NCBI GenBank assembly: GCA_963675915.1
Contig: OY780959.1
Span: 780,001 to 812,000, forward strand
DNA from: Coprobacillaceae bacterium
GTDB lineage: Bacteria > Bacillota_I > Bacilli_A > Erysipelotrichales > Coprobacillaceae
Direction of reading: 5' to 3'
Length of the DNA: 32,000 bases
The notes under the pieces were generated by a model. It saw nothing but the letters and a program-made list of their open reading frames with translations, did no database searches and was not told the DNA's origin. Positions 16,387 to 26,513 of this stretch are shown here, one piece after another. The number at the start of each line of letters is the position of its first letter. Positions within the stretch are counted from its first letter, which is position 1. Both the position numbers and the translations under genes were made by a program.

Positions 16387-17307
16387 TTATTTTATAATAT
16401 TGATTATTCCGTTAAGGCTCAAAATCTTGTAGAACTGCTCCATTTGCGCTTTGGTAAAACGTTGCAGTTTGGAATCAAGCGGGTACTGCCGGTCCAAGCG
16501 ATCATACTTGGCACCAGCAAGGTAATTGTAGTTGAGCAGTTCGTATTTCACCTGGGGATCAAGACTGATCAGAAAACGACTGATCGTAGCAAGATTTGAA
16601 GATGTTGCGGTAATATCAGGAATGAGAGGGGTGCGGATAGTCACCCGCTCATGATAAGGACCACAAAGCAGTTTTTGGATATTGGTTTTAATCAGTTGCG
16701 ACGACACACCGGTGTATTTCAAATGTTCATCATCATCGAATATTTTCAAATCGACATATATTTGGTCGACCAAAGGGATGATTTCCTCGATCACCTGAAA
16801 TGGCGCATGTAAAGAGGTTTCCAAGGCGGTATGGATATTTTCGTGGCTGCATTTTTCCAAGACGGATTTTAAAAAATCCGGTTGAGCCAGAGGTTCCCCG
16901 CCCGAAAAAGTAACTCCCCCGCCGTATTTGAAGAAAACCTGGTCCTGTTTGATAGTTTCCATTAGTTTCGCGACATCATATTCTTCGCTGTCATAGCGCA
17001 GCGCCAGCGCCGGGCAGGCTTCAATCAGATTGTCGAAATCGCCCGGGTAGTCATAGTTGAGATATGGTCGGCCCCCTTTAAAAAGCATCTGACCGGGTCG
17101 GGCCTGGGCGGCGCATCTGCGACAGGAGATGCACTCGCTGATAATGAAGAGCGGCAGGCGCTTGAAGGAAATTCCTTCAGGATTTTGACACCATTGGCAT
17201 TTTAACGGGCACCCTTTGAGAAAAACCGTGGTCCGCAGTCCATCACCATCGTGAATTGCGAATCTCTTGATATCGAAGATAAGGGCCTTAGATTGAGTCA
17301 TAAGCAT
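16387..17307 (-). CDS. Glycyl-radical enzyme activating enzyme (radical SAM)
   Basis: 306 aa with the radical-SAM CX3CX2C motif (GCPLKCQWCQNPE). Extra Cys clusters (CISCRRC...ACPALAL) are typical of activases that pair with eliminase-type GREs. It also has GVTFSGGEP. The start overlaps the GRE 3' end by 20 nt. Confidence 0.9.
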   Translation of the reverse strand: MLMTQSKALIFDIKRFAIHDGDGLRTTVFLKGCPLKCQWCQNPEGISFKRLPLFIISECISCRRCAAQARPGQMLFKGGRPYLNYDYPGDFDNLIEACPALALRYDSEEYDVAKLMETIKQDQVFFKYGGGVTFSGGEPLAQPDFLKSVLEKCSHENIHTALETSLHAPFQVIEEIIPLVDQIYVDLKIFDDDEHLKYTGVSSQLIKTNIQKLLCGPYHERVTIRTPLIPDITATSSNLATISRFLISLDPQVKYELLNYNYLAGAKYDRLDRQYPLDSKLQRFTKAQMEQFYKILSLNGIINIIK

Positions 17308-19645
17308 TCCTTGCGATGATTTCGTTTTGAAGTTTGTTGTCGAGTTCTACAAAATAAGCAGTATAGCCAGCCACCCGAATAGTCAGTGACTGATGATTTT
17401 GGGGATTTTCTTGGGCATCAAGCAAATCATCGCGATTGACAACGTTGAACTGGATATGCGGTACCTCAAGATCGACAAAGGCTCGCAAAAACGACTCGAA
17501 CTTCTCTTTGCCTTTGGTACTGGTAAAAAAGTCAGGCAGGAATTTCATATTCAACAAGCCGCCGTTGGTTGTAAGACTGTTATTCATCCGGGCGACAGAT
17601 TTCAAGACTGCAGTCGGGCCGGAACGGTCACGGCCGTAGACCGGCGACATTCCCCCGTCGGCCAGCGGTTCCAAGGCATTACGGCCATCAGGAGAGGCTC
17701 CGACATTTTCTCCCATAGGCACATGGGCGGAAACCGTGTACATCCCGGTATGATATTTGCCACCTCGATAATTGGTAAAGTCCTTCAACCTGGTGTTAAA
17801 ATACTCCGCCCATTTTGCTCCCATTTCATCGACCCATTGGACATCATTACCGAACTTGGGGGTTCGTTTCAAAAGTTGGGTCTGGATTATCTCATGACCT
17901 TGGTAATCAGCTTTCAGGGCCTTAAGAAGTTGGTGTCGGGTAATCATTTCCTTGTCGAAAATCTGATCTTTCAGGGCACTTAACGAGTCGGCCAGCGAAG
18001 CAATCTGGATCATCTGAATTCCCGACAGATTGTATTTGGCCCCTCCTCTGGTCACATCGATACCTTGGTCGAGGCAGTCAGCGACTACGGTTGATAAAAA
18101 TGCTGATGGCAGGCAGTCCTGATGGGCTTTTTCAACTTTGTTTTCAATATCGATCATCTTTTCAATGAAATAGTCCAACTGTTTTTGATAAGCTGCTTCA
18201 AAGTCTTGATAAGTTTTAAAATCTTCGAGATTGCCAAGATCCAAACCGAGCTTGGCACCGGTGATCAAACAGCGGCCGTTGTTCAATGTCAGCTCAAGAA
18301 CTTTATTGAAATTGAACATGGCGGCATCGCTCCAGCCCAGATTATTGCCCTGGGTCGTCAGTTCGACACATCCCACAATCGCATAATTATAGGCATCACC
18401 GGGTTCGATCTCCAGATTGGTAATCAAGGGTTCGATAATCGCCTCGTCATTGAAGAATTGGGGCATTCCCGAGCCCTGGGCGACCACTTCAATCGACTTT
18501 TGAATCAGTTTTGATGATGACTGGCGGTTCAGTCTGACTGAAAGGTTCGGTTGGGGCAATCCGATGTCTTTTTGAGCCTGTAACAGCAAGAATGAAAGAT
18601 CATTGGCATCATCCTCACCATCTTGATTCAGGCCTCCGATAGCGACATTGAAACCGATTGGAAAACCGGCGAAGTATTTGGCACTATGCTCATTGCGCAA
18701 GTAGACGATCTGGTTGAACTTCAAATAAAGAGCCTCGATTATTTCCAAAGCTTCGTTTTCGCTTAGGATGCCTTTTTCTATATCATTACGGTAGTAAGGA
18801 TATAGATACTGATCAACCCGTCCGGGCGAAAATGATGAGGCATTGGATTCCATATGGAGAATCACGAACAGGAACCAGAGAGCCTGAACTGCTTCATGGA
18901 ATGTTTCAGGGGCCCTTTGAGTCAGGTTGCGACAGATTTGTCCTACCTGGGTCAGCGAATCTCGATAAGGATGCTCCTGTCTTGTCATCTTGGAAATCAA
19001 ATCATGATAACGCCCGATAAACTCAAGCGCCCCTTCAAGGGTGATGATTGTACATTCATAAAATTCTTTTTGGGATTCATCTGCCTTTTCCAAATGGCCT
19101 TGCGCAAGTTGGAGCAGTCCCTTTGGACCTAATTTCAGCCAAGTAGCCACATCGGGACAGATATGTCCCTGAGCATGGTCTTTCTGATTGATCTTGACGA
19201 CCTTGGCAATAGCTCCGATTTTATCGCCATAGTTGTTTAAAATCTCATGCTCGAGCGATTTGTCATGCCAGAAAGGATAAATATGCTTTTTGAAGTAATC
19301 GATATCCTCAAAATGAACTTTGAATTTATCCTGGGGGCGGGATTCGAGAGTCTCGAATTCCTGCATGACCCAGGCACAGCCGCTTTCAGGAAAGACTACC
19401 CCCGAACGGACGCCTTTGGTCCGATTGGCGACAATCAGCTCCTCTTTTTCCACGCTTATTTCCATTCGCTCCAAAGCCGCTTTCAAGGACAAAGCTCTTT
19501 TTTTGGCTCGGGTTTGGTCGGGATTGTTTTGATAGACTTCAGTGATGATCTTGGCTTGTTCAATTGAAACGTAACGCGGCTCCTCCAGCATTTTTCTCTT
19601 GAGGATGTCAATCCGTTCGAATTTGGGTGGATTTGTTTTTGTCAT
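17288..19645 (-). CDS. Glycyl radical enzyme, PFL2/dehydratase-lyase (eliminase) clade; substrate unknown
   Basis: 785 aa with the glycyl loop LTIRVAGYTAYFVEL near the C-terminus. The thiyl loop is AIVGCVELT (Cys plus Glu, not the Cys-Cys of pyruvate formate-lyase). It also has the HMESNASSFSPGRVDQYLYPYY motif shared with YbiW/PflD-like enzymes, from memory. Confidence 0.9.
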   Translation of the reverse strand: MTKTNPPKFERIDILKRKMLEEPRYVSIEQAKIITEVYQNNPDQTRAKKRALSLKAALERMEISVEKEELIVANRTKGVRSGVVFPESGCAWVMQEFETLESRPQDKFKVHFEDIDYFKKHIYPFWHDKSLEHEILNNYGDKIGAIAKVVKINQKDHAQGHICPDVATWLKLGPKGLLQLAQGHLEKADESQKEFYECTIITLEGALEFIGRYHDLISKMTRQEHPYRDSLTQVGQICRNLTQRAPETFHEAVQALWFLFVILHMESNASSFSPGRVDQYLYPYYRNDIEKGILSENEALEIIEALYLKFNQIVYLRNEHSAKYFAGFPIGFNVAIGGLNQDGEDDANDLSFLLLQAQKDIGLPQPNLSVRLNRQSSSKLIQKSIEVVAQGSGMPQFFNDEAIIEPLITNLEIEPGDAYNYAIVGCVELTTQGNNLGWSDAAMFNFNKVLELTLNNGRCLITGAKLGLDLGNLEDFKTYQDFEAAYQKQLDYFIEKMIDIENKVEKAHQDCLPSAFLSTVVADCLDQGIDVTRGGAKYNLSGIQMIQIASLADSLSALKDQIFDKEMITRHQLLKALKADYQGHEIIQTQLLKRTPKFGNDVQWVDEMGAKWAEYFNTRLKDFTNYRGGKYHTGMYTVSAHVPMGENVGASPDGRNALEPLADGGMSPVYGRDRSGPTAVLKSVARMNNSLTTNGGLLNMKFLPDFFTSTKGKEKFESFLRAFVDLEVPHIQFNVVNRDDLLDAQENPQNHQSLTIRVAGYTAYFVELDNKLQNEIIARNAYDSI

Positions 19646-20403
19646 ATTGTGGTTATTCCTTTTTCTTTGATAATTTCATTTTGTTCATCAAGCAATTCAT
19701 CACTGATTATCAGGGCACTGACATCTTCAAGCGCCCCGAAGATATAATTGCCGTATTCACTGAATTTGCGCTGCTCGCAAATCAGATAACTGGCTTGGCT
19801 AGAAGCGATAATCTGTTCCTTGAAGTTGCCGTCCTCGATATGATAGGTTGTCAGCTGATCCTGGATCAGATCGATTCCCACCACACCCAGAAAAGCGCGG
19901 TCGATTTTAAACAGTCTGATCATTTTAAGTGCGACACTGTCCCAAAAACCATCCCGTTCCTGGTTAATCTTGCCGCCAATGAAAATCACTTCGATATTCC
20001 GGGCTTGAATGAGAGAATTCAAAACATCAATCATATTGGTGACTACAGTCAGATTGAAGTCTAGTTGGCTGATTTCGCGGGCCAGTTCGATATTGGTGGC
20101 CGAAATATCGAGAAATACGGTTTCATCAGGTCTGATCAGTTCTGCGGCCTTTCTGGCAATAATCAAGCGTTGGGGACCGGCAATTTCCTTGCGCTGTTCC
20201 AAAGCGAAAAGATGTGGATTTTCCTTTAGTGCCACCGCCCCGCCATAAGTTTTTTTAAGCAGTCCCTTGTGCTCTAATAAAGTGAGATCCTTACGAATGG
20301 AATCTTCGCTAATATCAAACCGTAAGGCCAACTCCTTGACAGTCACCCGACCCGATTTGGTGATCATTTCCACTATCAAATCATGTCTTTCACTCGCAAA
20401 CAT
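19642..20403 (-). CDS. DeoR-family transcriptional regulator (HTH + sugar-phosphate-binding DeoR C-terminal domain)
   Basis: 253 aa with an N-terminal wHTH (ERHDLIVEMITKSGRVTVKELALRFDISEDSIRKDLTLLE) and a DeoR C-terminal domain. The stop overlaps the GRE ATG (ATGA). An SD (GGAGG) precedes the ATG. Confidence 0.85.
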   Translation of the reverse strand: MFASERHDLIVEMITKSGRVTVKELALRFDISEDSIRKDLTLLEHKGLLKKTYGGAVALKENPHLFALEQRKEIAGPQRLIIARKAAELIRPDETVFLDISATNIELAREISQLDFNLTVVTNMIDVLNSLIQARNIEVIFIGGKINQERDGFWDSVALKMIRLFKIDRAFLGVVGIDLIQDQLTTYHIEDGNFKEQIIASSQASYLICEQRKFSEYGNYIFGALEDVSALIISDELLDEQNEIIKEKGITTI

Positions 20404-20494
20404 CTCGACGACCTCCTATTATTATTTGGTATTGTTTTATCCTGTTTGTTATTATTATACACCTATTCGGCGAGATTAACTCGGATTTCATAAA

Positions 20495-20525
20495 TATGAA
20501 AAGACTCCGTTATTATAACGGAGTC
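20495..20525 (-). terminator. Rho-independent terminator of the ABC transporter gene
   Basis: The minus strand reads GACTCCGTTA-TAA-TAACGGAGTC (10-bp stem) followed by TTTTCATATTT. Confidence 0.8.
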
Positions 20526-20538
20526 ATGATAATTTGAC

Positions 20539-22896
20539 TTATTCGCTTCGTAAAGCTTCGACCGGATCTTTTTTGGCGGCCATTTTGGCGGGAATGAAGC
20601 CACCGATAAAGGTCAATACGATACTGATGATTACCAGTCCGGTCGCATGGACAATATCAAGCTGAGCCACGTTTTCCAATTCAGTCATTTCATAGAGCAC
20701 TGCATTGGCAGGGATGGTCAGAAGATATGCCAGGGAAATCCCCAGCAATCCCGAACAGGCTCCAATAATGAAGGTTTCGGCATTGAAGACCCGGGTGATA
20801 TCTTTCCCCCGCGCTCCCAATGCCCGCAGGATTCCAATTTCCTTGGTTCTTTCCAAAACGGAAATATAGATAATAATTGCAATCATGATCATTGAAACTA
20901 TCAGTGAAACCGCGGCAAAAGCCACCAGGACAATAGTCACCCCATCCATGATGGTTCCCGACAGATTGGTAATAGTTGCTGCCAGATCAGTGTATTCGAT
21001 TCGAGCATCGTCATCAAGTCCTTCATTCCATTGATCGAGATAATCGATCAGTTCTTCTTTGGCATCGAAATTGACGGGATAGATTGAAATTGATTCGGGA
21101 ATATAACTGGCTCCCAGACTGGCCATCATTTCATCTTTGGTGATACTCGCATTCAGGGAGAATCCGGCTGAAGGCATCCCACTATATTGACCGGGATATC
21201 CCGAAGTGCTTTGAGTCGCAAAACGGCTGCCATCCAGGACATTATAGTCAAGTTCCTGTTGATCTAGAACAATTTGCGAGTTTTGGGCAGCGGCGATATA
21301 ATCAAGAGCCAAAGCATCGCTGTAGGCAATTCCCGAATCGAGAATCGAGATCGCCGAATCCGATTTGATTCGCATCACAGCAGTGATAGTCAATGTTGTG
21401 GCATTGTCGCTGTCATACAAGTCGGAAAGATCCCCGGCGGAACCGTTAACTACATAATAGTTGCCGGATTTTTGATAGTAATCGTCATTATCAACAAGTT
21501 TATAACTTGTCCCCACTATCTCATCAAAACTGATGGTTTCATTGGAACTGTCAAATCCCAGTTCGTTAAGGATGGTTTTATCAAGCTGGTTGTATTCATC
21601 GACAATTAAAACCAGATCAGTTTTTGAATGAGGCAACTCTCCGGCCAAAACGTCATAGTATTGCGAAAAGTAATATCCGCTGTCCTGATTGTCCTTGGCA
21701 GGATAACTGAAGAAGTTGGCAGTGCTGGTATTGATAGTAGATACTGTTTGGTCGACTTCTTTTAGAATGTTCATCTCCACACTTCTGGAATAAGATATTC
21801 CATCATAAAGGTTTTCGTCAATCCCATTGATGTAATCAAGATACTCAGAGGTTATCTCGTTGGTATGGACCACCAGGTTTTGGGATGAATCATAGACATG
21901 GACTGCCTCATCATCGGGAAACTCCTCGGCTTCGCTTTGGGTATTGCGGCCCATAGCGGATATCATCGAAATCGCATTACGCGAAATTGTGATTGGATAA
22001 TTCGATAATGAGTTTTTCTCAAAGTTGTCTATTTGGATATCAAAACCGTTGGAAAGTGACAGCACCAGAGCGACCCCGATAATCCCGATACTCGAAGCAA
22101 AGGCAGTCAAAGCAGTCCGACCTTTTTTGGTCATGATGTTTTTTCCTGAAAGTTTCAAGGCAGTGAAGAAACTCATGCTGGTCTTGTTGGGACGATAATT
22201 GTCTGATTCGCTGTCAATTACTACCGGATTCGAGTCCGTGAGGATATGACCGTCCTCGAATTCCACCACCCGGTCGGCATAACGGTCAGCCAACTCCGGA
22301 TTATGAGTAACCATAACTACCAGCTTATCCTTGGAAATTTCCCGGATCAGCTGCATTATCTGTTCGCTGGTTGTGGTATCCAGGGCTCCTGTTGGTTCAT
22401 CAGCAAGAATGATATCGGGATCATTGGCCAAAGCCCGGGCGATCGCCACCCTTTGCATCTGACCGCCGGAAAGCTGGTTGGGTTTTTTGTGGATATGGTC
22501 GGACAATCCGACTTTTTCCAGCAGTTCCATCGATTTGCTGCGTTTTTGAGCACCGGAGATTCCCGAAAGGGTCATTCCCATTTCGACATTGTCAATCACA
22601 CTAAGATGGGGAATGAGATTGTAACTTTGGAAAATGAAACCGACACTGTTGTTGCGGTACGCATCCCAGTCGGAAGCTCTGAACTTTTTAGTTGAACGGC
22701 CGTTGATGATCAAATCACCGGATGTGTATTGGTCCAAACCACCCAATACATTCAAAAAGGTGGTTTTTCCAGAGCCACTTTGGCCCAGGATAACGACGAA
22801 TTCCTGTTCTTTGAAATTGAGCGATACCCCATCCAATGCTTTTTGAGTGAATGTACCGGTTGTATAAACCTTGGTAATATCTTTTAACTGAATCAT
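20539..22896 (-). CDS. Fused ABC transporter ATP-binding/permease protein, MacB/FtsX type
   Basis: 785 aa. The N-terminal ATPase has GQSGSGKTT, LSGGQMQRVAIARAL and ILADEPTGALD. It is followed by one TM helix, a ~370-aa extracytoplasmic domain and a C-terminal FtsX-type 3-TM module (ERTKEIGILRALGARGKDI). Confidence 0.9.
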   Translation of the reverse strand: MIQLKDITKVYTTGTFTQKALDGVSLNFKEQEFVVILGQSGSGKTTFLNVLGGLDQYTSGDLIINGRSTKKFRASDWDAYRNNSVGFIFQSYNLIPHLSVIDNVEMGMTLSGISGAQKRSKSMELLEKVGLSDHIHKKPNQLSGGQMQRVAIARALANDPDIILADEPTGALDTTTSEQIMQLIREISKDKLVVMVTHNPELADRYADRVVEFEDGHILTDSNPVVIDSESDNYRPNKTSMSFFTALKLSGKNIMTKKGRTALTAFASSIGIIGVALVLSLSNGFDIQIDNFEKNSLSNYPITISRNAISMISAMGRNTQSEAEEFPDDEAVHVYDSSQNLVVHTNEITSEYLDYINGIDENLYDGISYSRSVEMNILKEVDQTVSTINTSTANFFSYPAKDNQDSGYYFSQYYDVLAGELPHSKTDLVLIVDEYNQLDKTILNELGFDSSNETISFDEIVGTSYKLVDNDDYYQKSGNYYVVNGSAGDLSDLYDSDNATTLTITAVMRIKSDSAISILDSGIAYSDALALDYIAAAQNSQIVLDQQELDYNVLDGSRFATQSTSGYPGQYSGMPSAGFSLNASITKDEMMASLGASYIPESISIYPVNFDAKEELIDYLDQWNEGLDDDARIEYTDLAATITNLSGTIMDGVTIVLVAFAAVSLIVSMIMIAIIIYISVLERTKEIGILRALGARGKDITRVFNAETFIIGACSGLLGISLAYLLTIPANAVLYEMTELENVAQLDIVHATGLVIISIVLTFIGGFIPAKMAAKKDPVEALRSE

Positions 22897-23002
22897 ATGT
22901 TACTCCTTGTAAGTTTGCTTTTGATACAAAAAATTGATTTCCTGTACAGTATATCACATCCACTATGAACTGATTATGACAAAAGCAAAATAAAGTTAGC
23001 TT

Positions 23003-23030
23003 ACAATAAAGACGGACCGATTCCGGTCCG
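23003..23030 (-). terminator. Rho-independent terminator of katG
   Basis: The minus strand reads CGGACCG-GAAT-CGGTCCG followed by TCTTTATTG, about 15 nt after the katG stop. Confidence 0.75.
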
Positions 23031-23045
23031 CCCATTGTGATTGAT

Positions 23046-25253
<2,208 letters not shown>

Positions 25254-25367
25254 TCACTTGTTCGATATTATTGTATTATTATAAAGTGATAACGCTTTCA
25301 TCTATCATCATTATACACTAAGATTGAGTAAATAGTATCATTTAATCAATCTTTTCAGTTTTTTAAT

Positions 25368-25389
25368 GTGATTAAAATGTGACTAAAAT
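25368..25389. repeat. Tandem 11-bp direct repeat in the katG upstream region
   Basis: GTGATTAAAAT followed by GTGACTAAAAT (10/11 identical, one helical turn apart), about 127-148 nt upstream of the katG ATG. Confidence 0.6.
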
Positions 25390-25594
25390 CAAAGAATTTC
25401 AGCATAATCCGCTTTTTAAACATAAAACGGATGCCTTGATTCAACTTATCCAAGATTGTTATTCATGTTATTATCAACTTTACTTCAATACATGGAAATG
25501 CAAATATTTACAACTGCCAAAGAATATCGGGCTGATTAAATTTGTTTAATATTCAAATATCAATTCCTCAATCCAAATACTTTCACAGGAACAT

Positions 25595-25622
25595 ATAAAA
25601 ATAGACAAACCTCAGTTTGTCT
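25595..25622 (-). terminator. Rho-independent terminator after the MBL hydrolase gene
   Basis: The minus strand reads AGACAAAC-TGAG-GTTTGTCT followed by ATTTTTAT. Confidence 0.75.
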
Positions 25623-25639
25623 AAAATAGATTGGATTAT

Positions 25640-26254
25640 TTAAACCAGATAGTAGTTCGAAGCCAACTCTTCCTTTAAAGTTGTGAACTCTCCATGTCCG
25701 GGATAGACATTGGCATCAAAATCCAGTTCCTTGATTTTCTTGATCGTTTGTCGGGTATCATGTTTTGATGAGTTCGGGAAATCGAAGCGCCCGATGGCTC
25801 CCTTGAAAAGCACATCACCGGCAAACAGGGCGTTTAAATCAGTAAAATGAATCATGGATGAACCTGGGGTGTGACCTGGCATGTGCAAATACTCGAATTT
25901 GAATTCGCCGATACCCTTGATTTCATCGGCAATGGTGAGCGCTGCTTCAATTGCCATGGGACTTGAATAAACCGATAGGTTTAAATTCGGATCACTGGCG
26001 GTAGCTATCCCTTCACTGTGAATGTAGACGGGCATTGAGAAACGATTGACCAGATAGTCAACTGCACCAATATGGTCATAGTGGCCATGGGTCAGCAGGA
26101 TTGCCAACGGCTTCAATTCATTCAATTCCAAAAAATTCAATACTTTCTTTCCGATATCTCCGGGATCGATGATCAGGCAGTTCTTTGTTTCCTCGTTAAA
26201 AACGACATAACAGTTGACCGCCATTTGTCCTAGAATCAGTCTTTTGATCTTCAA
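25640..26254 (-). CDS. MBL-fold metallo-hydrolase (glyoxalase II-like)
   Basis: 204 aa with the HxHxDH motif (LTHGHYDHIG) and downstream His/Asp ligands (HMPGHTPGS, GDVLF, PGHG). It starts at a TTG 7 nt after AGGAGG. Confidence 0.85.
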   Translation of the reverse strand: MKIKRLILGQMAVNCYVVFNEETKNCLIIDPGDIGKKVLNFLELNELKPLAILLTHGHYDHIGAVDYLVNRFSMPVYIHSEGIATASDPNLNLSVYSSPMAIEAALTIADEIKGIGEFKFEYLHMPGHTPGSSMIHFTDLNALFAGDVLFKGAIGRFDFPNSSKHDTRQTIKKIKELDFDANVYPGHGEFTTLKEELASNYYLV

Positions 26255-26269
26255 ATTTTCCTCCTAACA

Positions 26270-26290
26270 AAAATAAGCCTGAATAGGCTT
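26270..26290 (-). terminator. Hairpin plus U-tract overlapping the rpmG stop
   Basis: The minus strand reads AAGCCT-ATTC-AGGCTT followed by ATTTTTG. The rpmG TAA is part of the stem, and the SD of the MBL gene follows directly. Confidence 0.55.
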
Positions 26291-26438
26291 ATTTTTTTTC
26301 TTTATGAACTGTTTTTTTGTTACATCTTGGGCAGTATTTATTTACTTCCATTCTAGTAGGGTGATTTCTTTTATTTTTAGTTCCAATATAGTTTTCTTCA
26401 CCACATTCAGTACATTTGAAAATAATATTATCTCTCAT
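26289..26438 (-). CDS. rpmG: 50S ribosomal protein L33 (zinc-ribbon, four-Cys form)
   Basis: Not in the ORF track (49 aa). Manual translation gives [49 protein letters not shown]. An SD (GGAGG) lies 8 nt upstream. It has the CxxC...CxxC motif. Confidence 0.9.
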   Translation of the reverse strand: MRDNIIFKCTECGEENYIGTKNKRNHPTRMEVNKYCPRCNKKTVHKEKK

Positions 26439-26513
26439 GCGTTTTACCTCCTAGTCGATAAGTCTTACTGATACATATTAGCATAATCAAAGTATTAATT
26501 CTAGTGTTTTTTT

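Noticed and set aside
17288-19645. Annotating the GRE as pyruvate formate-lyase (pflB).
   Set aside because: The thiyl-radical loop is GCVE, not the adjacent Cys-Cys of PflB/TdcE. The protein has the N-terminal architecture and activase type (extra Fe-S Cys clusters) of the eliminase clade.
22715-23035. 106-aa minus-strand ORF spanning the ABC transporter 5' end and the katG-ABC spacer.
   Set aside because: It overlaps the ABC transporter start in another frame and runs through the katG terminator. It has no SD, and its translation is Cys- and Phe-rich nonsense.
25262-25320. Possible PerR/Fur-type box (TTATAAT-N-ATTATAA) in ATTATTGTATTATTATAA, upstream of katG.
   Set aside because: The best alignment matches only the right half-site, and the left half has 4 of 7 mismatches. 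AT-rich sequence produces such partial matches by chance. It is mentioned only as context in the katG finding.
25440-25550. Short ORFs in the katG upstream spacer, for example the plus-strand MLLSTLLQYMEMQIFTTAKEYRAD and the minus-strand MFKKRIMLKFFDFSHILITLKN.
   Set aside because: They have no SD, no recognisable family, and lengths expected by chance in AT-rich DNA.
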